Shown piece by piece: positions 46,444-57,140 of a stretch of DNA of 63,032 bases. The DNA comes from a bacterium (GTDB lineage Bacteria > Krumholzibacteriota > Krumholzibacteriia > LZORAL124-64-63). The DNA is taken from positions 1 through 63,032 of the forward strand of contig JANOEP010000064.1 in assembly GCA_031441465.1 (NCBI GenBank). Direction: 5' to 3'. A program made the translations under genes and the position numbers. Every line of letters starts with the position of its first letter. The stretch's first letter is position 1. A model generated the notes under the pieces. That model was given only the letters and a program-made list of their open reading frames with translations, ran no database searches and was not told the origin of the DNA.

Positions 46444-47351
46444 GGCGCGGATGCCGGCGATGCCGGGGCCATCGCGGCGAGCATCGCCGCGGCCATTCCG
46501 CGCAGGTTCGTCGCGTAGTCGCGGGCCGTCGGGTCCAGCACGCCCACCGTGAAGCCGGCCTCGCGGGCGACGGTCCGGGCCTGGTCCGGAGAGGTCTGCG
46601 GCTGCAGGAAGAGCGTGCGCACGCCGCGGGCGCGGGCGCGTTCGAGGATCGCGGCGAGGTGGCGGGGGCTCGGCGACTGGCCGCCCTGTTCCACGGCGGT
46701 CTGGGTCAGGCCGTAGCGTGCGGCGAACCAGCCGAACGCGGGATGCATGACGAGCAGTTCACCGCCGCGCACCGGGGCGAGGGTCGCGGCCAGTTCGCGG
46801 TCGAGTTCGGCGAGTTCGCGTTGCAGCGCCGCCAGCCGCTCGGCATAGTGGGCGGCGCCGGCTGGGTCGAGCCGGCTCAAGGCGTCGGCCATCCGCGCGG
46901 CCGCGTCGGCGGCCATGAGCGGGTCGAGCCAGACGTGGGGATCGTGCTCGTGCTCGCCGTCATGGTCGCGCCCAGCGTCGTGAGGGCCGGCGCCGGCCGG
47001 CCGGCCGACCGCTTCGTCGGCGGTGGGCACGATGCGCAGGTCCGGCAGCATCCGCTGCAGCTTGGGCTGCAGGGCCTGTTCCATGGTGGCTCCCACGGTG
47101 AACCACAGCGCGGCCCCGGCGGCGGCGGTCAACTGCCGGGGCGTGGGGTCGTAGGCGTGAGGAGAGGCGCCCGGGGGCACGAGTTCCAGCACGGCGACGC
47201 GTTCGCCGGCCAGGCGTTCCACGAGCCAGGTCTGCGGTGGTATGCTGACGAGCACCAAGGGGCGGGTGGCGGTATCGTGGGTGCCGGCGACGGATGTCGC
47301 GGCCACGCAGAGCAGCAACAGCGTCGTGGTGATCGTAGCGCGTCTCGGCAT
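46440..47351 (-). CDS. znuA: Zn/Mn ABC transporter substrate-binding protein
   Basis: SPHAYDPTP, His-rich loop, DPHVWLDP, HPAFGWF. Confidence 0.88.
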   Translation of the reverse strand: MPRRATITTTLLLLCVAATSVAGTHDTATRPLVLVSIPPQTWLVERLAGERVAVLELVPPGASPHAYDPTPRQLTAAAGAALWFTVGATMEQALQPKLQRMLPDLRIVPTADEAVGRPAGAGPHDAGRDHDGEHEHDPHVWLDPLMAADAAARMADALSRLDPAGAAHYAERLAALQRELAELDRELAATLAPVRGGELLVMHPAFGWFAARYGLTQTAVEQGGQSPSPRHLAAILERARARGVRTLFLQPQTSPDQARTVAREAGFTVGVLDPTARDYATNLRGMAAAMLAAMAPASPASAP

Positions 47352-47457
47352 CGGCTCTCTCCATCGTTGGACCCCCACCATGGAAAGCCAATCCGGGTGC
47401 GAATGCAACCCCGCAGGTGCGGCGGCGTAAGGATCCCCCCCAACCCGAGGAGAAGAG

Positions 47458-48762
47458 ATGCGCCTGACGATCGCCCTGACGGTCCTGCTCTGCCTGGCGG
47501 CGGTGTCGCCGGCTTTCGCCGATGCGGTCCGGCTCGCCGCCCCCGAGCCCGGTTCCCTGCTGAGCGCCGACTTCCGCGTGACGACGGCGGGCGAGGTCGA
47601 GATCGCGGCCGTCGGCCTGCGCCGCAAGTTCACCGGGAGCGACGCCGTCCGCGCCTGGTTGATGCGGCGGGGCGCCGTCGAGCCGGTGTGGTCCCTGGAT
47701 CCCGACGCCGGTGAACCGGTCGGCGCCAGCCGGCTGTTGCGGCGCAGTGCGGCCCGTGTGCGGCTGGAACCCGGCGACTACGTCCTGCACCTCGCCGCGA
47801 GCCGGGGCGCGCGCGGCGGGAAGGCGTTCCACCACTGGCAATCGGTGCTGAACGACGTGGCCGACCTGCTCAACCGCGAGGACCCCCAGGCCCGTCCCGC
47901 GGATTACTTCGGCAAGTGCGAAGCCTCGGTCACCCCCCTGGACGGCCTCGTGTTCCAACCCGCACCGGTGGCGGCCTCCATCTGGCCGGTCGAGGCGCGG
48001 CCGGCCGCCGGCGGTCACCTCGTGACCGTCCCGTTCCGCCTGACGCGCACCGCGCGGTTGAAGGTGCTGGTGACGGGGGAAGTCGATGAAGCCGAGGGCG
48101 TCGCGCTCGATTACGGCTGGATCGAAGACGCGCGCACCGGCCGGACCGTCTGGAGCGCCGAAGACGAGTCACCGCAGCCGGCCGGCAACGCGGCCGTCAA
48201 CGTGTATTGGGTAGGGGAGCTGGCGTTGAACGCGGGCGACTACCTGGCCGGCTACCTCAGCGACGCCGTCCACGGTCCCGGCGACTGGCACGATCTGCCC
48301 CCGTACGATCCGGACGCCTGGGGCTTGCGCCTGGCGCCGCTCGCCGCCGATACGGTCGCGCTGGTCGCCACGCCCGCGGACCTCGTCGTGGCGCGCGCGC
48401 CGGAACTGCTGGTCCGGCTGGTGCGCCCGGGGAACGACGCCGCCTTGCGGGAGGAATTCACGTTGTCCCGCCCGTCCCGCCTGCACGTGCTCTGCCTCGG
48501 CGAGGGCGGGCGCGAGGTGTTCGACCGGGGTGAGATCACGGACCTCGGCAGCAACCAGGAAGTCTGGGCCTTGACCGGCAAGACGGCCCGGCCCGCCGGG
48601 GGCGCGGGAAAGAACCTGCGCTTCGACGGCGAGATCACGCTGCCCGCCGGCCGCTACCGGGCGACCTACGTCACCGACGACAGCCACACCTGCGGCGACT
48701 GGAACGCGACGCCGCCGCCCGGGGCGCAGAACTACGGCCTGACGGTCCGGCTCCTGCCCTGA
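47458..48762 (+). CDS. Secreted hypothetical protein with three internally repeated beta-sandwich domains
   Basis: Signal peptide; repeats VW..A.G..N..LxxGxY..Y.(S/T)D..H..GDW..PP..(W/Y)GL. Confidence 0.7.
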   Translation: MRLTIALTVLLCLAAVSPAFADAVRLAAPEPGSLLSADFRVTTAGEVEIAAVGLRRKFTGSDAVRAWLMRRGAVEPVWSLDPDAGEPVGASRLLRRSAARVRLEPGDYVLHLAASRGARGGKAFHHWQSVLNDVADLLNREDPQARPADYFGKCEASVTPLDGLVFQPAPVAASIWPVEARPAAGGHLVTVPFRLTRTARLKVLVTGEVDEAEGVALDYGWIEDARTGRTVWSAEDESPQPAGNAAVNVYWVGELALNAGDYLAGYLSDAVHGPGDWHDLPPYDPDAWGLRLAPLAADTVALVATPADLVVARAPELLVRLVRPGNDAALREEFTLSRPSRLHVLCLGEGGREVFDRGEITDLGSNQEVWALTGKTARPAGGAGKNLRFDGEITLPAGRYRATYVTDDSHTCGDWNATPPPGAQNYGLTVRLLP

Positions 48763-48787
48763 ACCGGGCGCGGGTCCGCACGAGCGA

Positions 48788-48815
48788 AAGGCCCCTCCCG
48801 GTCGGGAGGGGCCTT
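48788..48815. terminator. Bidirectional terminator between convergent genes
   Basis: AAGGCCCCTCCCG-GT-CGGGAGGGGCCTT inverted repeat. Confidence 0.7.
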
Positions 48816-48858
48816 CGCCGTGCGGGCCCGAAGGGCTCGCGCTGATCGGGGAGATGAT

Positions 48859-49848
48859 CTACTTGAACATCGCCTTCACGCCGCCCCACTGCTGATACTC
48901 GTTGGCGACGGGGGCGTCGATGGTCACGGTGGCGACGTTGCACGCGCCGGCGCCGTAGCCGTCGATGATCAGGTAGTACCAGCCGGCGGCGGCGGCGCTG
49001 TAGGTGATGGTCTCGATGCCGTTGGCGACGGTGTCGTCGGCGCCGGCGACGCAGGTCGCGGCGGCGGCGGCGCAGTCGGTCACGAGCCAGATGGCCGAGT
49101 CGTGGGCGCTGACCATCGAAGCGGTGATGTTCTCGCCTTCGGCCAGGTAGACCTTGTAGGTGGCGTCATTGCCGAGGGTGGTGTAGCCGGTGCAGCCCGT
49201 GGCGCCGCCGGCGTCGTAGTTGTTGGTGTAGCCGGCGCAGAGGTCGACCGTGAAGACGTTGGTCTCGAAGCTCTGCAGGTCGATGGCGCCCGCGCACACG
49301 TCGTTGGCCGGCGGCGGCGGCGGCGGCACGTCCTCGGTGATGGCCAGCGTGAACGACGGGATGCAGGTCGGCGTCGGCCACGTGTCGACCATGATCCAGT
49401 AGCTGCCGGCGGCCAGCGTCTTGTCGTTGATGGCGCGGTTGCCGGCGCTGCCCGTGTTGAAGGCGATGCAGCCGCTGGCGTCGGGCGGGCAGTTGTTGTC
49501 CAGCAGGATGCCGGTCCAGGTGGCCGTCGTGCTCATCAGGATGTCGATCGTCGTCTCGACGGCCAGGTCGAGGCGGAAGATGATGTCCTCGCCGCCGTCG
49601 TAGCTGCCCAGGCAGGTCGCGGCGTAGTCATTGACCAGGCCGCAGTTCGTCAGGCCGCTCACGTTGTAGGGCAGACTGGAGATGACGATGGGATCGGCGC
49701 AGTTCTGGCCGACCACCAGCATGGGGCTGGTCGATTCGGGCACGAAGACGGTCGGGCCGTGCGCGGCCTCGTCCTTGTCCATGGCGCTCGCCACGACGGC
49801 GAGGCTCAGGATCATCAGGATCGCGAGCATCAGTTTGCCTGTCCTCAT
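48859..49848 (-). CDS. Secreted protein with two Cys-rich PPC-like domains, poly-Pro linker and WGxxK tail
   Basis: Signal peptide; PPPPPPANDVC; GWYYLIIDGY; ends EYQQWGGVKAMFK. Confidence 0.75.
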   Translation of the reverse strand: MRTGKLMLAILMILSLAVVASAMDKDEAAHGPTVFVPESTSPMLVVGQNCADPIVISSLPYNVSGLTNCGLVNDYAATCLGSYDGGEDIIFRLDLAVETTIDILMSTTATWTGILLDNNCPPDASGCIAFNTGSAGNRAINDKTLAAGSYWIMVDTWPTPTCIPSFTLAITEDVPPPPPPANDVCAGAIDLQSFETNVFTVDLCAGYTNNYDAGGATGCTGYTTLGNDATYKVYLAEGENITASMVSAHDSAIWLVTDCAAAAATCVAGADDTVANGIETITYSAAAAGWYYLIIDGYGAGACNVATVTIDAPVANEYQQWGGVKAMFK

Positions 49849-50134
49849 GAAATGTCCCCCTCAAGGTTGTTGACGCCAAACCACCGCGGGCGTGCGCCGC
49901 GTGCGGCCTCGGACTTCTGTCCGAAGTCCTTATTTCCTGCTCTCATGGCACGAAAGAGCAAGAAACATCTTGGGTATGCTGCCATTCTAGCATAACCGTA
50001 ACCTGACGAGAAAGTTAATTTTCATCAGAATCATGGGATCCCCCACAATTTGAAGGATCGTTTGCTGAAACGTATAACTCGATGCTATGATTCAAGAAGA
50101 TGTCACCCGCGCCCCGTGTCCCGGAGGAGGCCCC

Positions 50135-52729
50135 ATGAAACCCCGGCTCCGTTCCCACCGCCTCGTGCTCGTCCTGGTGTCCGGCCTGATCCTGGCGGGG
50201 GGTCTCGCTGATCCGGCCCGTGCGGTCCCCCGCACGGTCCTGGGGGAGCTGTTCTCCTCGGCCGGCTGACCCTACTGCCCTTCCGCGGTCGCGGGATTCC
50301 ATGATCTGCTCGCCGCCTACGACAGCACCGAGTTCGTGCCGCTCACCTGGGACACCGGCACCGGCAGCGGCAGCACCCGTTTCAACTACTACGGTTTTTC
50401 GGGGACGCCGACGGCCGTGTTCGACGGGCTGGTCAGCTCCGTCGGCGGTTTGCCCAGCGGCAGCATGTTCGACAGCTACCAGCCGCTGGTGCAGAACCGT
50501 TTGGGCGCCGTCTCGCCCCTGACGATCACCGCGAGCTTCCTGGTCGCCGGGGTGAACGGATCGGTGACCGCCACCATCGAGGTGGCCTCGACCGTGACCA
50601 CGGGAGCCAACCAGGTGCGTTTTTACGTCTATGAGGCGTTGCCCCGGCCCGAGTACCCCAACTACGTGCGCGCGGTCCTGGCGAGCGAACCCTTCGCGCT
50701 GACCGTGCCCGGACAGTCGGTCACCGTCCAGCGCCCGTTCACCGTCGACCCGACGTGGGACCCCGAGCGCCTCGGTGTGATCGTCTTCGTGCAGAGCGAC
50801 GCGAACCGCGCGGTGCTGCAGGCCGTCGAAGCCGAGGCCGACTACGCCGGCGTCCTGACGGTCGACGCCCAGCCGGACGGGCTGGCGGCGCCGTGGACCC
50901 TGAGCGGGCCCGGCGGCTTCTCGCTCGCCGGCGTGGAGGACCGCGTCGTGCGCGTGTTCCTGGCCGGCGAGTACTCCCTGGCCTGGGGCGAGGTGCCCGG
51001 CTGGTCTTCGCCCGCGCCCGCGGTGACGACGGTGCAGCTGGCGCCGGACGACGAGATCACGCTGACGGGCCTCTACACCGACGGCCCCTTCGCGGCCGCG
51101 GCCGATGCGGACCTCGCCATGGCCGGCGCCGCGGCCCGCGGCGTGGCGATCGTCGACGCCGACGAGGACGGCGACCTGGACGTCTACGTCTCGGTCCACG
51201 GTGGCGCGAACGCGCTGCTGATCAACGAGGGCGGCCTGGCCTTCACCTCCGGCGGCCACGCCCTGCTGCGCGGTGTGGGCGCCGGCATGTCCGCGGTCTG
51301 GGCCGACGTGACCGGGGACGGTCACCGCGACGTCTACCTCGTGCGCGACGGCCAAGCCAACCTCCTGCTGCGCGCCGACGGCGCCGGCGGCTACCTCGAC
51401 GCGACCTTCGGCCCCGCGGGCGACACCGGACCAGGGACCTCGGTCGCCGCCGCCGACTACGATCGCGACGGCCTGCTGGATCTCTACGTGGTCAACGGCG
51501 GCACCGCGAACGTCCTGCTGCGCGGCGTGGCCGACATGGGCGTCGCCTGGTTCATGATGAACCAGATGGGGATCATCGCCGACACCGGCAACGGCGCCGG
51601 CGCGGCCTGGGGCGACTACGACAACGACGGCGACCAGGACCTCTACCTGACGAACCGCTTCACCGCCAACCGCCTCTTCCAGAACGGGGGGACCCTCGGC
51701 TGGTACAACGCGACCGGCACGGGCGTGCTGGCCGACACCGGCAACGGCGCCGGCGCGGCCTGGGGCGACTACGACAACGACGGGGACCTCGATCTCTACG
51801 TGGCCAACGACGGCCAGGCCGACCTGCTGATCCGCAACGACCGCGGCACCTGGGCGCTGATCGTCGGGTCGGCCCTGGGAGACGTCGGGCACGGCCGGGG
51901 CGTTGCCTGGGGCGACCTGGACAACGACGGGGACCTGGACCTGTACCTGGCCCGGCACGACGAGCCCGACCTCACGTTGCGCAACGACGGCGGCGGTGTG
52001 TTCACCCGCATCCCCGTGGGCGTGGCGACGGCCGCCGGCGTCGCCGAAGGCGTCGCCCTGGGCGACCTCGACGGCGATGGCGACCTGGACGTTTACATCG
52101 CCAACGACGGGGGACCGAGCGGCCTGCTGCTGAACGAGATGGCCGGCGGCAACCACTGGCTCCACCTGGACCTCACGGCGTCCGGCGCGAACACGTCGGC
52201 CGTAGGCGCCCGCGTCTGGCTGACCGCCGGCGGCGTGCGCCAGATGCGCGAGGTCAACGCCGGTTCCGGCTACCTGTCCCAGGACTCGCCGACGGTCGAG
52301 TTCGGCCTGGGCGGCGCCGCGATCGCCGACACCGTGCACATCCGCTGGCCCGACGGCCAGCAGCAGGTCGTCACCGGTTTGGCCGCCGACCGACGGCTGA
52401 ACGTGCGCCAGGGCGTTCCCGTCGTGGCGCCGCCCCAGGCGGCGGCGTTGCGGCTGCGGCTGGACGAGCCGTTCCCGAACCCGTTCAATCCCGCCACGAC
52501 CCTGCGGTACGAACTGCCGCGGGCCGGGAGCGTCGAACTGCGGATCTACGATGTCGCTGGCCGGCTCGTGCGCTCCCTGCGCTCGGGTGAGGTCGAGGCG
52601 GCGGGACGCCGCGAAGCCGTGTGGGACGGCCGGGACGACGCGGGGCGCGCCGCCGCCGCCGGCGCCTACGTCGTGCGCCTGTCGGCGGGCGGGGAGGCCC
52701 GCAGCCGGCGACTGCTGTTGGTGAAGTAG
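50135..52729 (+). CDS. Predicted secreted selenoprotein: Omp28-like thioredoxin domain (U-P-Y-C), FG-GAP repeats, ASPIC/UnbV, FlgD CTD
   Basis: ORF 50087-50269 and ORF 50336-52729 are in frame across TGA 50267-50269, giving VLGELFSSAG-U-PYCP. GGAGGA RBS and signal peptide lie upstream of the TGA; a hairpin follows it. Confidence 0.85.
50281..50296 (+). promoter_or_regulatory. Candidate bacterial SECIS element
   Basis: TTCCGC-GGTC-GCGGGA hairpin after an 11-nt spacer from the TGA, with GGUC apical loop. Confidence 0.65.
51578..51783 (+). repeat. 53-bp perfect direct repeat (51578-51630 and 51731-51783) within the FG-GAP repeats
   Basis: GCCGACACCGGCAACGGCGCCGGCGCGGCCTGGGGCGACTACGACAACGACGG occurs twice, period 153 bp. 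Confidence 0.85.
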
Positions 52730-52752
52730 GAGCCCGGCTCCGGAATCACCCC

Positions 52753-52784
52753 GGCCCCGCGCACCGCCGGTGCGCGGGGCCTTT
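52753..52784 (+). terminator. Intrinsic terminator after the Omp28-like gene
   Basis: GGCCCCGCGCACC-GCC-GGTGCGCGGGGCC followed by TTT. Confidence 0.65.
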
Positions 52785-52877
52785 CCCGTCGTCGCCGTCG
52801 CGTGCGCGGTTGTGCGCGCGGCTTCCGGCGCTTATCCTGTCGCCGCACCGCGTCCCACCCGAACCTGCGAGGAGCCC

Positions 52878-54557
<1,680 letters not shown>

Positions 54558-54584
54558 TCCGGTGATCGGTTGGGTCCGAAAACA

Positions 54585-54620
54585 AGAGCCCGCGTCCACG
54601 GGGACACGGGCTCTGTTTTT
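54585..54620 (+). terminator. Intrinsic (probably bidirectional) terminator after ettA
   Basis: AGAGCCCGCGTCC-ACGG-GGACACGGGCTCT then GTTTTT; preceded by an A-run. Confidence 0.7.
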
Positions 54621-54636
54621 CGGGACCGGCCGGCGG

Positions 54637-55452
54637 TCAGCGCCAGGCGGCCTTGACCTCGCCCCAGCTGCTGTCGGCGTTCGGGGTCACGCTGCCGGCG
54701 ACCTCGATCAGGAAGGCGGCGAAAACCGGCCCGACCGCCTGGTTCGCAGCGGCGTTGGGGTGGGAGTCGTCGCTGCTGTGCGAACGCTCGTACTCCCAGC
54801 GCAGCATGTTGGCCGTCGCGGTGCCGTCGTCGGGCTTGGCCAGGCGGCCGAAGAGGTCGAAGAAGCGCACGTTGTCGTGGCCGGCCAGGAAATCCGCGCT
54901 GCCCAGCCAGACGGCGAAGGCCCGGGCCCTGGCGGCGTCGTCCTGGTCGGTGATCAGGCGGTGCCGGGGCGGTTGCGAAATGACGACGAAGATCTTGTCG
55001 GGGTGCTCGTCGAACACGTCGCGCATCGCCAGGTACCAGGTCTTGTACTGGGCCAGTTCGGCGGCGCTGCCGATATCCGAAGCCGGGTAGCAGGACTTGA
55101 AGGCGATCACCTGGTGGTTCTGGAGGATCTGCGCGCGCGCCGCGTTGGCGGTGGTCCACAGGGTGTAGAGCCCGTCGGGGTCGGTGTTGTCCCCGGGGAT
55201 GTCGTAGCTCTCCCCGGTGTAGCCCCCGGCGGGATTGCGCAGGCCGATCGCGTTGTAGTCGTGGTCCCAGAACTGCACCGGCACGCCGCGGCTCTGGTTG
55301 AGCTGGGCGATGGCGGTGCGCATGCCGCCCTCGTCGACGAGGTTGCGGCCGGTGGAGTGGTGCAGGAACAGGACATTGTCCAAGGCTGCCACGGGCGAGG
55401 CGACGGCCGTCGCGAGCAGGATGGACAGCAAGATCGTGCGGATCAGGTGCAT
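54637..55452 (-). CDS. Secreted SGNH-like alpha/beta protein with WGxxK tail
   Basis: Signal peptide; LFLHHSTG, FKSCYP, DDSHPN; ends DSSWGEVKAAWR. Confidence 0.7.
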   Translation of the reverse strand: MHLIRTILLSILLATAVASPVAALDNVLFLHHSTGRNLVDEGGMRTAIAQLNQSRGVPVQFWDHDYNAIGLRNPAGGYTGESYDIPGDNTDPDGLYTLWTTANAARAQILQNHQVIAFKSCYPASDIGSAAELAQYKTWYLAMRDVFDEHPDKIFVVISQPPRHRLITDQDDAARARAFAVWLGSADFLAGHDNVRFFDLFGRLAKPDDGTATANMLRWEYERSHSSDDSHPNAAANQAVGPVFAAFLIEVAGSVTPNADSSWGEVKAAWR

Positions 55453-55692
55453 GGGAATCCTCCTGGATGCATCGGATTCGGCATGATAGCGGAAAACTTG
55501 AGGAAAAACCACTTATAAAACAGTCAAGGGGGAGCCGGAGCCCCCCCAAGGCTGTCGCATTGACTGGAAATGCGCGGAAACGAAAGGGTCGATGAAGAAG
55601 TTGTTGCACCTTCCCGTCGTGCTGTCAGCTGCAGGCAACGTACGGATTGCCGAACCGCGGCACAAGAGCAGGTGCGATGTTATTTTTCGGAC

Positions 55693-56520
55693 TCAAGACC
55701 CGAGGTGGAGGTTCAGCAGCGGCAGCCAACGGGTGCCGCTGCGGTTGTTGCCGGCGTAGTTGAGCAGGCCGAGCTGGACCCCGTGCAGTTCGGCGGCGTA
55801 GTTGACGATGCCGATCTGCAGCCCTTGCACGCCGACATCGAAGCGGTTGTACGCCCCGACTCCGACCCCCGCCAGGACCTCGCCGCGCAGGTACGCCCCG
55901 CAAGCGGCCAGACCGGCGAAGCGGTCGGCGCGCAGGCCCCCGCCGGCGAGGGCGAGCCCGGTCAGCTCCTGGCCGCCGACGCCGAGTCCGCCGATGAACA
56001 CACCGGTCATCCGTCCACCGCCGACGCCGAGCCCGCCGGCGAACACGCCGGTCATCCGTTCGCCGCCGACGCCGAGGCCCCCGGCCACGATGCCCGTCAT
56101 GTCCTCGCCGCCGAACCCCAGCCCGCCCAGGCCGAGGCCCGTGAAGTCGTCGCAGCCGGCGCCCAGGCCGCCGACCGCCACGCCCCGCATCCGATCCGCA
56201 CCGCAGCCCAAGAGGTTCAGCGTGACGCCGTCGATCTCGTCGGCGGCCGTGCCGGCCAGACCGAGGCTCAGGCCCTGGATGCGGCCGCCGGGTTCGTCGG
56301 CGGGGGCCCACAACGAGACGGTCACGCCCCGGATCGTCTGCAGGTCACGGTCGCGCAGGTTGAAACGCAGTCCTGTGAACGTCTGCGAATTGCCGAAGGA
56401 CAGACCGGCGCCACGCACGGGCAGGTCCAGGGAACCCGCGACGGCGGGCACGGCCGCCGCGAGCGACAGCAGCAGCGCGGCAAGCAAGGGGTGGGCGCGG
56501 GGGGCACGAGGCATGGGCAT
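55693..56520 (-). CDS. Glycine-rich 15-aa repeat surface protein (LA_2272-like)
   Basis: Signal peptide; MTG(V/I)FxGGLGVGG repeats; GLQIGIVNYA.ELHGVQLGLLN..LPLLN tail. Confidence 0.7.
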   Translation of the reverse strand: MPMPRAPRAHPLLAALLLSLAAAVPAVAGSLDLPVRGAGLSFGNSQTFTGLRFNLRDRDLQTIRGVTVSLWAPADEPGGRIQGLSLGLAGTAADEIDGVTLNLLGCGADRMRGVAVGGLGAGCDDFTGLGLGGLGFGGEDMTGIVAGGLGVGGERMTGVFAGGLGVGGGRMTGVFIGGLGVGGQELTGLALAGGGLRADRFAGLAACGAYLRGEVLAGVGVGAYNRFDVGVQGLQIGIVNYAAELHGVQLGLLNYAGNNRSGTRWLPLLNLHLGS

Positions 56521-56633
56521 GACGGACCTCCGGGGGCGGCATCGGGCAACCAGAGCAGCGATGATTGGTGTTGAGACGCAATGCGGATCGGCGAGTTGCT
56601 CCCGCATGATGGGAATCCCGGGCCTCGGTCAGC

Positions 56634-56667
56634 AAACGGCCCCGATCCGCAGGGACCGGGGCCGTTT
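56634..56667 (-). terminator. Terminator after the RNA-binding protein gene
   Basis: AAACGGCCCCG..CGGGGCCGTTT inverted repeat. Confidence 0.7.
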
Positions 56668-56691
56668 CAGGTCGTGCCGACGGCGGCGCGA

Positions 56692-56961
56692 TTACCAGCC
56701 CGACCGCTCCTGGCGCGGCTCGCGCGGGCGCGCTTCGTTGACGGTCAGCGCGCGACCGTCGAAGTCCTTGCCGTTCAGTTCGTCGATGGCGCGGCGGCCG
56801 GCGTCGTCTTCGGCCATGATCACGAAGCCGAAGCCGCGGGGGCGGCCGGTCTCCTTGTCGGTGATCAGGGTCACGTCCTCGACCTGGCCGTAAGGGACGA
56901 AGAGAGCCTTGATCTCTTCCTCGGACGAACGGAAATTGAGATTGCCCACATAGATCTTCAC
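56692..56961 (-). CDS. RRM (RNP-1) RNA-binding protein
   Basis: KIYVGNL RNP2, TGRPRGFGFV RNP1, LTVNEARPR; GTG start after AAGGA. Confidence 0.93.
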   Translation of the reverse strand: MKIYVGNLNFRSSEEEIKALFVPYGQVEDVTLITDKETGRPRGFGFVIMAEDDAGRRAIDELNGKDFDGRALTVNEARPREPRQERSGW

Positions 56962-57140
56962 TTGATCATCCTTTTGCTGGCCGGGACCGACGGCGGGACC
57001 ACTCGCGGGAACCGGAACGCCGTCGCTGGCGGAATCGGGAACGCGGCGGAGCCGCGGGATCGTCACGAAATCTATCGTGCTGAACGGCAATCCACAAGCC
57101 GCAGGGATGAAAAAGAGATAGGGACGTTACCTCGGTCGGG

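Noticed and set aside
55600..55685. Integron attC site
   Set aside because: Lacks paired RYYYAAC/GTTRRRY ends; no integrase or cassette array.
55920..56200. CRISPR array or non-coding tandem repeat
   Set aside because: The 45-bp periodicity is the coding 15-aa Gly-rich repeat; no repeat-spacer array or cas genes anywhere in the window.
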